A DNA stretch of 64,000 nt, from contig OZ076409.1 of NCBI GenBank assembly GCA_964187785.1, positions 36,458,001 through 36,522,000 on the forward strand, given 5' to 3'. Position numbers and translations under genes: made by a program. Source of the stretch: Amphiscolops sp. MND2022. Taxonomy: Eukaryota. Below are positions 1 to 12,874 of the stretch, in pieces. Every line of letters starts with the position of its first letter. The stretch's first letter is position 1. The notes under the pieces are model-generated. The model searched no databases. It saw only the letters and a program-made list of their open reading frames with translations, and had not been told where the DNA came from.

Positions 1-445
1 TTTTCGAAGACCTGTTTTCTTCAGAAAAAAAAGGCTCACGTTATTTTAAAAATGCAAAGAGTACTTTATTGACTTTTTTGCTTCAATATTGATGCAAAAT
101 ATCAAAGGACTGTATTTCTGTAAATTAAAGTTGTTCCTCGGTAGAGGCCGATATACAATCGGATCTCTTTGTTAATAGCCTAGTATACTGAAGTAACCTG
201 ATTTGATAGCCTGTGGATCCTTTGCGAATGTTGAAGGAAAGATTATGCAAAAGCACTGCCTCATAGAACGAAGTCCATGATTTGCTCAAAAACTTACACT
301 GTATGCGGCGATCGAAAGAGTAAGTTAATCTGAACCAGAGTTTTCTGAGCAACTGTAACAACTTTTGTTCTTTCAGATAGTTGTGCAGACTTCGGAGTTT
401 GTAAATTCTGTTTGTGACATTACAATGGCTCCCTTGTGATTGGTT

Positions 446-3400
446 TCATTTCACAAATTCCATTGCCATGTGTGTAATATTTTCAGTTAGTGTAAAGTAA
501 CCTTCGATAGAGATGAAGACATTTTGGGAAGTGTGCAAGTCCTTTGGCTTCTCGTACTTCTTCATTAGTGACTTGATGATGGAGTTTCGTTTGGGATCCT
601 TCATCACTGAATTAGGCAGACTCTCACATGCTAAGTACCTGCCACCGAAGTTCTCATGCACCGCGTCGTTGTAGAGTTTGTCAACCATGTAGCATTCTTT
701 GAAGGCACTTTGGGTGCAAGAGGCCGCAAGCATCTGACACAGTCAGGCATTATCAAAGGTTTTGTCCCTTGTCCTTTTCAAAGTTTTATTTTTTTCAAAG
801 GTCAATTTGTATCTTCGAGAATACTTGTCCCTAGAATTCTTTTTATAGATGTTTTTTCTCAACTAGTCTTCTGTTTAAACGCTTTTATTAAATGATTATT
901 TGCAGTTTTTCTCTGGAATTGTCGTTTTTGTTTCTTCGGTTTTTGAAATGAAAAATCAAAATTAGTAAGTTTCGAGCCTATTAAGCCGTACTCCGGTAGA
1001 ACCTCATATAATTCAGCTTTGAAAACAGTACGCAATCAGTTTCGTATGAATCTGGTTCGTATTTTGGAGAAGCATTGATTGTGTTGCTATATTGCGGGGT
1101 ATTGGACATGACCAAGTCTGTATCAAGTTGATATTGCCTGAGTGGGTTTGTTGCACTTGGTGCAGAAAGTGTCCTCGTCCGTGCTCTTGCCCATGTCGGC
1201 CACTGAGTGGAACACCTTGGTGCTCTCGGCCGAGCAGTTGCAAACCATCTTCCTCCTGAACTTCATGATGCGTGCATGGAACTTGCACATTCCGACAGGA
1301 CTGCCTGCCCCCGCCCCCTTGTCTGGTGACTCAGTGTCTAACAGCATAAAAGGATGTATCATGTTTGCCAAAATTACTCTTTTAAATACTCTCTGAAATT
1401 AATTTGTCAACTTCATCTCCACAATATATCATTTAAATGCACAAAAATTACTCTTCTAAACACTCACTGTCTCAATTTGCTATCATTTTTTGTTCAGTGT
1501 TTGCGGTCCTCTGCAATTCATTTTTGTGAAGCTCATTCAAATTTTTTGAATGTAACTTAGAATTGGGTCGCCATATTTTGAAGTCAATTTGGAATGTGTA
1601 CAGAACATTACGATACGGTTTTTAATCGATGACGTTTTTATACTTTTGATGTTCCATTATTGTATCTAATATAATGAAAGTTATAATGTAATCCATCAAT
1701 TTAGGCTTGATGAATTGCAAAAATGACGTACTTCTTGAGAGCTTTTGCTTTGCGGAAGATATGGTTTTCATGATGCGCGAGCCTTTGTGGGGGGACGCTT
1801 CTTTCTCGAGAGTGCTGGCCTTGTCAGGAGAGTTGGTCGTCATCTTAACTGGGGCTGAGGTCTTGCGCGCTGCTAGTCTTCTCGAGTTTGACAAAGCTCG
1901 TACCAAAAGAGAGTGTTTCCTCACTCGAGTCTGAACACAATTGAACAAGACATCCGCCAATTTTAAATGAAAGTTAGTTACTACTGGTCTTAATATAAAG
2001 TTAACGAAGTGGAGAACAGAATATTAAATACTTCTAACTCGTGTTTTAACCTCGCTAAACTGCTTATTTCAAAATCCTCAATTCGCTAGAAAAGTTTTTC
2101 AATCTTTTCCGTTTTTTGGCTTGTTTGGGCTTTTTTTAGTGGCCGCTAATTTGAACCAATAAGGAGTGAGCTGAAATACTTCAGAGTTTCCGCTGATCAA
2201 CAGATTGAGAACTTTTTCTACGATTTGATGTTCTCAGATTTCGAATTTCCTTATCTTGAACGAAACCTTTCATGTTCTGCTTGTGAAGGCTTAAAAGCTA
2301 GCAAGAGAAGCTTTTACAGAGTTGTGAGGAAGTTTCAGCGGACATTTAATTGAAACAGAGGCTCTAAACATCCCAGATATTGGTTTTTGTCGTTTCTAAT
2401 TGTCACAAATACCAACAAGACGGGAAGTCGGCGCTATATCTAAGGCTCAAAATCGGCAGTTTTTAAAGTTTTCGCACGTCGTTACCATGAAAAACTCCGC
2501 CTCCTCCTTAGTAAAACGCAATAAAGTTCGGATATAACGTCAGAAATTTGGATATAGCGCTTTACTCCGGATATTACGTCAAAATTTCGGATAGTCTTGT
2601 AAAAATATATCTAAGGCTCAAAGTTTTTAAAATTGTAAAAGGGGGACCCTTTCGGCTTTTTGAAACCCCAGTTTGCTCCAAAATATCAAAACGTTGAAGG
2701 GGACCATTTAGAGACAAAAAATTCGAAAAAAGTCGCTCAGTGTCGAAAAAATCAAAGGGGACCCTGTAGTCTCGTCCGGTTTTGTATAATACGTTAAAAA
2801 TGTTGTAAATGAAAGGGGGACCCTTTGAACTAACTTAGATGCGTTTCCGCTTGCCGGTCCAGTAGTTAAGTAGTTCTGTAAAAAGTGTCCACTACGCATA
2901 CATTCTGTTGTCTGACGAAAAAAAACTAGTTACTGTTATAGTCGGGCTTTTTTCCTTTATGAAAACAGTTAATCTCTTCTGATTTCAGTAGGCGCTTTCG
3001 ATAGAAAATGCAGGCTATAATAGTACATTTTTGTTCCACGCTTCATGAAGTGAAACACGACTATTATAGTGGCTCTTTTTACATCCACACGAGCTGACCA
3101 AAATAGTTCTACAAAGTTATACGAAGTTTTATGGTGTCAAATTGAACCATTTGGCCTAGCGAACTGAACCAAAAAGGTTTTTCTTCTTTTTCCGCGTAAC
3201 ATACAGTACCAGGCGAGACTAAAGAGTCCCCCTTTCAGTTTTTTTCGGCATTGTGAGATTTTTTTCGAAAACAAATTTTTCCTCCAAGGGTTTCCCTTCA
3301 ATTTTTGATGTTTGGCGACAGAATGGATGGTGAAAAATCCCAAAGGGTCCACACTTCCATTTTTTTTGCATTGTGGGACTTTTTTCGGAATTTTTTTTCA

Positions 3401-5941
3401 CTAAAGGGTCCACCTTCAATTTTGTTGATGTTTTGCGACAGAAATGTTGAAAAATCCCAAATGGTTCCTTTTAGCGCGCCAATTCGGTGCAACTTTTGGG
3501 TTTTTCGGGTACTGTAAAAGAATACTTGACACTTAGAAGTCCTTTTGCTATTTTTAGCTTTAGATATGGCGCCCACTTATGTCGTTCTCGGCTTGTTCCA
3601 AGATCAATGAACTGACACATTAGGAATTGTATAACTTGTTCTCCAAATCCACTTTAATCGTTTTAATGAAATTTTCATTTTTTTTTCAAATTCGTTCCAG
3701 GTGGTAGAAATGTGGTATTTCACTATTGTGTTTTAATAAAGTAAAGTATTGAAACAAACTTAGCACGAATTTGAAGGAGGTAAAGCTGACAATTTTACGG
3801 AAAGTGAGACATTAATTGGGACTTGTTTGTGGTTATTGATTTATATTTACTCTCCGGCTTATTAAGTTTAATTTGGGCTAATTTAAATTGAGTGGAAACT
3901 AAGACGCTAAAATTTGCAGCCATCTTATCGGTTAAAGTGCTTTTTGTGAAATCTAAGACACGAATTTGTCGGCATATTCTTGGTCCCAGATTCCGCAAAA
4001 TGAAATCGGCTAATGTAATAACCCATGCCCTCGAATTCCGAAAAATTCCGATTTTCGTGGCTTGGTGTCCGCAAAATCAGTGCTAAATTGCCAATTTTAC
4101 ACGCTTCAAGACATGTCTGCGGAATCAGAGGACCTACACGCACAGAAATGTGTCTAGCGATTTAGTTTGCAGATGCACAGTAATGTAACGTGCTCCCACC
4201 TTTTGGACCAGTGGTTAACGCTGGTGTAACAGTGGCTGGGGATCAGGTGTACGTGGGTACAATATTTTGCGCTGTACCAAAAAATTTTTCATGGCCCGCA
4301 AGAGTAGAAGGGGGTCGGAACTCTGTCCGAAAAGTTTTTCCGAATAGTGAGAATTTTATCCACACATTTTTCACAATTAGTTTTTCGAGGTTTTCTCTTA
4401 AGGAAACCCGTTTTTCGAGTTCTAAGTGTGACCTCTTTAGTTACTTTTTAGTCCTGTGGTACTCATGAGAGTTTTATTGAATAATAGTGGAATAGATATT
4501 TAGTTTTTTTGGCGCTGAGACTTTTCCAGGAACTTTTTCGGAAGCTTTTTTCGAAAATGTATTTGATGTTTCCAGTGAGGGAAAAGGCGGTTTTCGAGTC
4601 TTATTGGTTTATCTTGTACGGGTTTTTTGGCACTGTAAGATGAGAATTTTTACAAAAAGTCCCTTTGCATGTTTAAAACCGTTTATTCTGATTGATGATT
4701 GAGCGGGGCACCGATTTCGGTCGTTCTGAGCTTGTTCTTTTTTTATGCAGTGGAGAAAAATAATTGGTATGGGCACGTATGTTTCTACTTCGTGATAAAA
4801 CTTTTGTTCAACCTATTTCAATTATGCCAATTCGGGCGCTTTATTTGTCAACTATCGCGTTTTTACTTACAAAGCTTTTTAGAATTGACTAATTGGGTAC
4901 GAATTGCATCACGTAAAATTGCCCTCGGCCAGATATGTCACAAAAGGAAATTTCGATTGGTCTTGCAATGGATTGAACTTTCGGTGTGCGTTCATTTCAC
5001 CCCAAAATCATTTCACCCCATATCACTTCACCCCATATCATTTCACCCCACATTCATTTCACCCCACGTTCATTTCACCCCACAATCATTTCACCCCACG
5101 TTCACTTCACACCATATTGTAATTATACAAAAGCGTCTGGCCTTAATTAACCAATTAGCAATTAAACTTTGATGCCTACTGTCTTTGAGTCAGCTTTGAT
5201 TTAATTTTTTTTTGCCGTAGAAACACCGAATAAAAAATTTTTCGCTGAAGATTCGCAACATCCACAATTGTACATTTTGATTGATAGAAGAAACATGTTT
5301 TTTTTCAGCGCCTTTTTCAGAAGTATTACAATTCCAATAAATGAAACTATTCAGTTTCGAATTTGTGGTTCACATAGAAAGCATCGTTTGCTCATCTAAT
5401 TGGTAATTAGATTCAAGACGCTTTTCTATTAGCGCTAAGATTGAAATTGGGTGGCTTTAGTAATTAATCTGAGACGCATTTGATAATTTAAATGTGGGGT
5501 GAAATGAACGTGGGGTGAAATGAACCTGGGGTGAAATGAACCTGGGGTAAAATGAACCTGGGGTGAAATGAACGTGGGGTGAAATGATACTAAACCGAAC
5601 TTTCATATTTGAAAGTTTTCTAATGAAAATGAGCGTTTTAAAACTAAAATTCTGAATATTGGTCTCCCTAGATTTTATGGAAAGGAACTAAAAGAGAACT
5701 GTTGTTCTCGGAATAGTTTGGGTTAACTTTTATTTCGGGTACTGAGAGCTCACCTGTTTAGATGGACTGTTTAACGAATCTTCGTCGCCTTTTTTGGGTG
5801 GTAAACAAAGCGAGACACAGGGTTTAAGTCTCAGATGGTGGTTGCTTTTCGATTCAGATAAAGAGGCTGCTCTCAGTAACGACGAGTCTCCATTTGTTGA
5901 GTTGAGCTGCTGGTGGTGTTCCTCGACTTTGCTGGGTTCCG
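446..5941 (-). CDS. Putative multi-exon host gene of unknown function (exons 5941-5754, 1930-1732, 1337-1138, 733-~639 or to the stop at 446); includes a Cys/His-rich segment
   Basis: Four GC-richer open segments bounded by AG acceptors and by donors gtgagc (5753), gtacgt (1731) and gcaata (1137). Intron phases chain correctly (1-0, 0-1, 1-0, 0) to give ...SPSKQ|TRVRKHSL...KLSR-N-TESPDK...CKFHARIMK...FCTKCNKPTQ|MLAASCTQSAFKECY.... I do not recognise the family; the 5' and 3' ends are unresolved. Confidence 0.5.
2414..2965 (-). mobile_element. Helitron2/Helentron-type non-autonomous element (5'-truncated)
   Basis: aacaagacgggaagtcggcgctatatctaaggctcaaaa end motif at 2414, AAGGGGGACCCTTT central repeats, partial other end at atagtcgggc (~2940). 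Confidence 0.7.
2985..3597 (+). mobile_element. Helitron2/Helentron-type non-autonomous element
   Basis: Degenerate 5' hairpin end(s) at 2985 and 3032, central repeats, 3' end gatatggcgcccacttatgtcgttctcggcttgtt. Confidence 0.7.
4195..4736 (+). mobile_element. Degenerate Helitron2-type element (subfamily with TTGAGCGGGG 3' end) carrying a tRNA-like module
   Basis: A-box-like tggaccagtggttaacgc at ~4203, degenerate B-box cgtgggtacaata at ~4252. The 3' end ttgagcggggcaccgatttcggtcgttctgagcttgtt matches the reverse complements of the ends at 20000 and 26395. Confidence 0.5.
4983..5596. mobile_element. Foldback/MULE-like MITE whose TIRs are inverted minisatellite arrays
   Basis: GGT...ACC termini, exact 8-bp TSD GAACTTTC (4975-4982, 5597-5604). 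Arms are arrays of the ~17-nt unit cacgttcatttcacccc (4987-5113) and its reverse complement (5494-5587). Confidence 0.8.
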
Positions 5942-7860
5942 CTGAAAATAGAAGTAAGACATTTCACATACCTTCCAATCAAAATCATTTCCGTTTCCCC
6001 AGACTCATTATTCATGGCCATTAAGCCCTTATTCATGGCCATGATGATTGTCCTTTGGGTATGTATAACGTCAAAAATAGGTGGTTGCATTGAAGCCGCT
6101 GATCGAACTGAGGGTGTATGTAAAAACGACTTACCTCTAAATACGTGGCACTTTTCACTATCGAAATTGAAAGGCTCTTTTCAAAATTGAAGGTAAAGAT
6201 TAACATTTGACAGCCTGAGCAATTTCTAATTTGTGAGTGATTCGAGTGGCCTTGGAACTAATCTTCGACCATTGTGGCGTAATAATGTTTACATCATGTC
6301 AATCAGGAATTAAAAGTAATATTTAGCGAGGTTCCATACAGGTGAAAAATTTTGTAACCCACTTCTTTGTGAGGTTGAAACCGTGGAAAAAATATTAATT
6401 GAAGATGATGGGTAAAAACGTTGTCAGACTTTGACGTCAAAGTCTGAGTTTTAGGTTTGAAATACACACGTGGTCTAGTGTATTTTTCGTGAAATGTTGA
6501 GCAGGCGTTCCGGTGCAATTGCTGTTGAATGAAAGCGTCTGCAAAAATGATTTAAGATCGGCCGGTAAGATCGAAAGAGAAGTTAATTTCGTTCACTTTG
6601 CACCATACCTATAAAGAGGAGGGAGGTATGATTCATTTAACAATGGCAAAATTTGACGAACGCCGCATGGAGGTACCTTGAGAGTCCGAGAAGAAGGAAA
6701 GCCGAATGACACATTTGAAATTTTAGTACTTGACTTTATACGGACACCATCATTTTGATTGTTTAATTCAACTCTGAATCGTTCGGTTACATCTTTCGAT
6801 TCTCAATTCAACCAATTCAGAGCAGACATCTCATAGAAAAGAAAGTTAATAAATTTGGATGTTATATAGAAAGCAGTTTGTTTTATAATACCTCAATTCT
6901 TTTAATAATAAGAACATGTAAAATGAAGAATGAGCACTAGCATAGCATTTTGGAAATTTTCATTTGTTTTTTTTTGTTATTTAGAATTGCTTTTGAAGGA
7001 CTGGGATCAGTGAATTGACCCGCTAATAGCGTTAGCGGGGTAGCTAAGTCAAAGCGATTTCTAAATTGAGCAGTAGCGGATAAGCGGCACACAAAACAAA
7101 TTTCCAAACTCAACGGCATCTTAGTTCGATTCAACTTTTAACCTAAAAATGAACTCATAAAATGCCGTGAAGAATTCAAGACTTGAAAATATTTTCGGCG
7201 TCTTCTGATATTGCCATAGTCGAAAGACTTTTCTCGGCAAGCAGAATAATTCTTACTGCCCGATTAAATTGAACATTTTTGATTCATCAGCGGCAGGTAA
7301 GCAGAATTATCAACTTCAGAAAAAGCAGAATAATCAAAAAGCGACGTCCAGAAAGCGAGTTCGGTGATAAGGGAATATTTATGAGCGAGTCACTAAAATC
7401 ACACGTTTCGAAAATTTTCAGATAATCAATTGGTTAGAATGGTGAAAAGCTTTTTATGTTAAGGAACGTTTAATAAGTCTTTTTGATGATATTATATGGG
7501 CTCTAATATCCTTGCTTGTATGCAATTGCCTCTCAGAGAGCAAAATTGTTTTCACACCAGAACATGGTTGTATGCCAATGTTTGCCAGACATGAAATTGT
7601 ATGCCAAATGCAGTCCTTGTGGTTCGATTGAATCAACTGCACTGGTGGGTTTCTAATTTCGTAGAAGCTAGAAATGTGTCTCTTCATGCAGAATAAAAAG
7701 TCATTTGAATCATCACCTGCATTTTTTGCAACCGATGTTCTTTTTAACCCCCTGAGGCCCCAAAAATTGATTTTGTTTCCGGTCAGAAGATCAATCAAAA
7801 TCGGAAGACGTAATTTTGTCGCGATTTTCGATTTATGAAGTCCATTGAACTTCCCAGTTT

Positions 7861-8552
7861 TTAGTCGGCGCTTCATGAAGTGACCAAAATAGTTCTACAA
7901 AATATTATTGCACCAAATTGCACCATTTGGTCTAGCGAACTGAACCAAAACGGTTTTTCCTGTTTTCCCGCGTAACATACCATACCCGGCGAGACCAAAG
8001 GGTCCCCCTTCCAATTTTTTTTTCGGCACTGCGAGACTTTTTCCGGGAATTTTTTTTTCCTCAAAGGGTCCCCCCTTCAATTTTTTTGCTGTTTTGCGAC
8101 AGAATGGATATTGGAAAATCCCAAAGGGTCCCCCCTTTCAGTTTTTTTCGGCACTGAGATTTTTTTCCGAAAATAAAAATTTCCCCCTTCAATTTTTTGA
8201 TGTTTTGCGACAGAATTGATGTTGAAAAACCCCAAAAGGTCCCCCCTTTCAGTTTTTTTTTCGGCACTGTGAGATTTTTTCCGAAAATAAAAATTTTTCC
8301 CCCGTTCAATTTTTTGATGTTTTGCGACAAAACCCCCTCAACTGCGATAAAAATGTTGACAATTTCGGAAGTGTCCCCCTTTCAGCGCGCCACTCGGTCC
8401 ATTTTTTTGAGTATGTAATTTTTTCGAAAAATTTTTTTTCGTAAAATTTTCGATTTTCGAGTACTGTAAAAGAGAATATTTGACACTTGGAAGTCTTTTT
8501 GCTATTTTTGAGCCTTGGATATGGCGCCGACTTGGGCCGGTCCCGGCTTGTT
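7861..8552 (+). mobile_element. Helitron2/Helentron-type element, young subfamily
   Basis: 5' ttagtcggcgcttcatgaagtg, ~115-bp central repeats, 3' ggcgccgacttgggccggtcccggcttgtt. Closely similar to 35440-36139 and 37962-38649. Confidence 0.85.
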
Positions 8553-10296
8553 TTCTTTAGCAAACACCATTATGAGCGCAAAGATATTGCTGTTTCGTAA
8601 TTAACTACATCCTAGAGTGATTGCTCATAGTATATCATATCGGACGATGAAACAAGCCAACTGGTTGGAAAGATTGATTTCCGCTTTAGAAAAAAATGTA
8701 GCGACTATTTTCACTTCACTAATTTTTACGGCCAACAATTCAGGCGTTACAATATGAAGCAACACTGTCTTTTGAGGCAGTTTCTCAGGGGGCTCGTCGG
8801 TCAAGTTTTTCTGGTGTCAGTAACGGTCCCATTTAAATAAATTTTTGAAACATTTAAACTTTTCTATATCAACTGGTTCGTCAGACTTCAAGCAATCGGA
8901 CTCAAATTTAATGTTGCTGCAATTTACAGTAGGTGTAAAAGAACCGATAATGAATTGAATCACGCGGAAAAGCTACTGGACTAATCCCACAAGGAGTATA
9001 AAAATTATGGCTAATATGGATTTTTTATGGGACCAATATATTTGTGGGATATTTTTCTTCGTGTGTTTTTTTGTGTCATTTTTTTCTTGGGTGTTTTTTC
9101 GTAAACGAATTTGGTACACTTATTGTCGTGACGCAGGTGAATGTAGGTTTTCCTAAATTTCAAATGTGCTATCCTCCTATTTTATAGCTTTCACGGCGCA
9201 GTATTGCCAGAAATGGTATCAGGTTAAAATCTAAATTATGGAGTCGTGATTAGTTAAGTTCACATACCGATTGTGCCCTACGTGCAGGAGTGACGTGTCA
9301 TCGCCTCAATAGCGGCTGGTTTTCACGAAGGCCGACCTGGAGGGGCGCTGAAAGAGCAAGGTCGAGTCATACAACAAATGTTTTCTGAGATTTCGAGAAT
9401 TTGACTTGTAACCGCGAAAATATATTCAGCAGTACCAGCATACGAGTTCGAGACTTGAGTTAACGAGATTGATTCAACATCTTTTCGACCTTTACCTGTT
9501 CTCGGGTTTCGGGTAACTACTTGAACTATTCACAATTCATGTAACTTGAATAATTTAGCAGGAACTCCGCGTTGTGTGCCGAGGTGCTGTTGGTTAAAGA
9601 TTCAGTCTCCAATGTCAAGAAATGCGGATTGCATAAATTAAATACTCGGTCGGATTATTGATGATCATAGAAAACGAAAGCTTCAGGAAACGGTTTTTGT
9701 ACGATAGAACTGCTCGACGTAATTTCGTTTAAATTGAACCTTTCTTTTGAAAATGTTTCGATGTGAGTCTTCAAGTCAAAAACATGTTGCTAAGTGTCGC
9801 CGTTTTGCCACTCGTAAATGAATTAATTTTGCAGCTAAAAAATCGAGAAGTGTTTTGATTAACGAAAAATACATTTTTAAAATTTTCCCTGCATTAATGG
9901 CCGTTGCATTTCAAGTAGCTATTTGTTTGTTAGGAACATTAATCGAATTTCAATAACTGCAATTGCTCTCATAAAACAGAAATGGTAATTTATATCAGGA
10001 TAAATGATATCAAACAAGCCGGTAACAGCATACGTCGGCTCAAATATAGAAAAGTACGTCAAATCGCTAAGGAAACGTTTCTGAAAAATTTTAAAAGTTC
10101 TTAACTGAAAGTATCAGGAAAACCGATGGGAGAGACCCTTTCGTGAATTCATAAATTTGCGAAAAGTCCCACAGTGTCAATTAAGCCCAAAATTTGATGT
10201 CATAAAATTTTGCATTTCAAATGAAATTATCAAAAAATTGAATGTAGACCTTTTGAAACCTTCTGTCCAAATTAGATGTTAGACTTATCGCAGAAC

Positions 10297-10917
10297 TTTT
10301 TGCACCACTTTTTCGGTAAGATTGACCAAATCGAGAAAAGTTGTACGAAAAGTCACTATAATAGTCGCGTTATATTTCATATCCCTAGTCGAGACTACCG
10401 AAACTTTTTACATGCTCTATAGAAAAATGCAGGGAATTTGTTGGAAAGCACACAAAGATCAGGGTGCTTGCATGGAAAAATCTTCCGAAACTTCTCTACG
10501 TTTTGGAAAATTCATTTTGCAGTGCTTTGAAAATAGTCCATTTGCTTACAGAACTTTTGAGAAAAAGACCCTGTAACGAACAAGGTTTCAGGAAAAAATT
10601 TTTGCACCACTTTTTTGGTCAGATTGACCAAATCGAGAAAAGTTGTACGAAAAGTCACTATAATAGTCGCGTTATAATTCATATCCCGGGAGTTGGCATA
10701 TCCCTAGTCGAGACTACCGAAACTTTTTACATGCTCTATAGAAGCATGCAGGAAATTTGTTGGAAAGCACACAAAGATCAGGGTGCTTGCATGGAAAAAT
10801 CTTCCGAAACTTCTCTACGTCTTGGAAAATTCATTTTGCGGTGCTTTGAAAAAAGTCCATTTGCTTACAGAACTTTTGAGAAAAAGACCCTGTAACGAAC
10901 AAGGCTTCAGGAAAAAA
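10297..10917. repeat. Tandem duplication of about 300 bp
   Basis: ttttgcaccacttttt...caagg(t/c)ttcaggaaaaaa occurs at ~10297-10598 and ~10600-10917. The second copy has a ~20-bp insertion; the paired ORFs are near-identical. Confidence 0.9.
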
Positions 10918-11096
10918 GGAATTTCTATATCTCTCATCAGAATTCTTTGGAAAACCTCCCTTAGAAGAGCTATAACTTCCAAAGCTGAACAAAATTTCAA
11001 GTCATAGATCTGACTCTAAAAGTTATCAAAAATCTTATCAACAGAACTTCATGCATGTGGAAAAAATGCCAGTTAGAAAGAACTACGCAATTGTCC

Positions 11097-12287
11097 GGTG
11101 TCAGGTTATTTCGTCCTCTGCAAATTCAACCGCTGCCAATTAAACCGTTCACACATAACTTTTTGCTATTTCAACCTAATTACTCTCAAACAGTGCTAAT
11201 TATGAAGTCTTCATTATAATTAGTAATGCTATATAAAGAGTCCAGCTGCTAACAATAATCTTTCACACTATGAAATGTGATAATTAGTTAGAATGTTTTT
11301 GTAGTATAAACAACGAAGTCGACCGAATTGTGACTATTCCACACAGCAAATCCAATAACATTGAAATTCAAAACATGTTAATTGAAATCATCAAACCAAA
11401 CAGAGAGGGCAACATCGCAGTACATAACGCTTACTGTAATAATCAACAAGCCGGGAAAGACCCAAGTCGGCGCCATATCTAAGGCTCAAAATAGCAAAAG
11501 GACTTCAATGTGTCAAGTATTCTCTTCTTACAGTACCCGCGTGAGGAAAATATTTTTTTAAACTTTGGGAGTTTTTGAACATCCATTTTTTTACAAACTA
11601 GGAAAAAGATGAAGGGGGACCCTTTGGAGACATTTAAAAAACTCGAACCCACGGCCTGCATGGCAGACGTCAAAAACTATCCTAATTAACCTCTATTCGA
11701 AGTGGCAGTAGAAGTTACAAGTGTGGCAGTTAGTGGACGCAGCTTATAAAGCTTATGAAATCTGTCACTTCGTTGGTCTTGAAAACAGTCGACTAAAAAC
11801 AAGTCACTTCGAGTTGCATTCATTGGAGATGCACGAAGTATTATTCAATTAAATGCCCAGTCGTTTTGAAGACAAACCATGGTGATAAGATCATGGTGAT
11901 TAGTTTGAAAGACTGTCACGCGCATGAAAGTGACTCTTCCGAGTGTAAGGTGAAAAAAAGTTGTCAACCAAATTAAGCAGAAAGCGGAGTCATTGACACC
12001 AACGGTAGCATTAGTCATTGAAATTACGTTAAAGAAAATTTATCAGAACAGCTTGCCGTGCCAACAACAAAAAATATTTTATTCTATTTTGGCGCACTTC
12101 GATTAATTAGTTTTAGAACGTTCGCAAAGAACGCAACGACCTTGAATTAATTAAAATTTGTTGAAATTGCAGGCGGGTGAAATTGCAAACAGTTGAAATT
12201 GCAAGCGGTTGAAAGTGCACTAGGTTGAAATTACAGCGGTTGAACTCGCATAGGTTGAAATTGCATAAGATCAAATGACATTTAACC
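11097..12287. mobile_element. Decayed foldback-type MITE with ~15-nt minisatellite arms, interrupted by a Helitron2-type copy
   Basis: Left arm ggtgtcaggttatttcgtcct...ttcaaccgc, right arm of repeated ggttgaaattgca units (12160-12280) ending ...taacc; degenerate flanks aattgtcc / aatttttcc. Confidence 0.5.
11445..11797 (-). mobile_element. Helitron2-type element with tRNA-like module
   Basis: End motif aacaagccgggaaagacccaagtcggcgccatatctaaggctc; B-box complement actcgaacccacg at 11641; other end gtcgactaaaa. Confidence 0.75.
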
Positions 12288-12429
12288 AATTTTTCCAATC
12301 ACAATGACCTGCGTCTAATAATCCGTTCTCAAATTATTATCTTAGAAACATTTCTATCATACATAGAGAAACCTCACTTGTTCGGTATTTTTTTAATCAC
12401 AAGAAAAGTACTTTGCAATGTTCACTCAT

Positions 12430-12874
12430 ATCAGACATTTCGTCCTATGAAATTTCGACCTATGCAGTTTCAAACGTTGCCATGTCAACATCTCAATTTC
12501 AACCTTTACATTTTGGACTTTCTGCAATTTCGACCTAGATTGATTTTGGCAAGAATAATCCTTATTTTCCTGAATCATTAGAACAATTTTTGGTGAACTT
12601 TTAGAATGTCTGGTTGATTTAGAAGTCATGAGAAACTATTTTAAGCTATTTAATGTTTCCAAATATAATATTTTAAATAATACTAAATATCAAATTTTAT
12701 TTTATAACTAATTGAAGATGAAAACGCCTAAAATAATTGTATTACGAATTAGGATCAATTAATTAAGATTGGTTTTGGCCGAATGTTTGGTAGGTCGAAA
12801 ATGCAATTTATTGAAATTGTGAACGGTTGAAAAGGCAATGGTTGGAATTTCATTGGACGAAATGTCATGTAACC
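12430..12874. mobile_element. Foldback-type MITE with minisatellite arms (related to 11097-12287)
   Basis: gacatttcgtcc...tttcgaccta arm and inverted taggtcgaaa...ggacgaaatgtcatgtaacc arm; left terminus eroded. Confidence 0.6.

Noticed and set aside
4987..5113. Regular short repeats resembling a CRISPR array (also 12160-12280, 26590-26980)
   Set aside because: Units abut with no unique spacers, there are no cas genes, the context is eukaryotic, and they are MITE arms or element-internal minisatellites.
5942..5971. 30-nt GT-AG micro-intron on the - strand
   Set aside because: The only frame open downstream needs phase 1, and the adjacent upstream sequence has a stop in that frame; only the acceptor is retained in the gene model.
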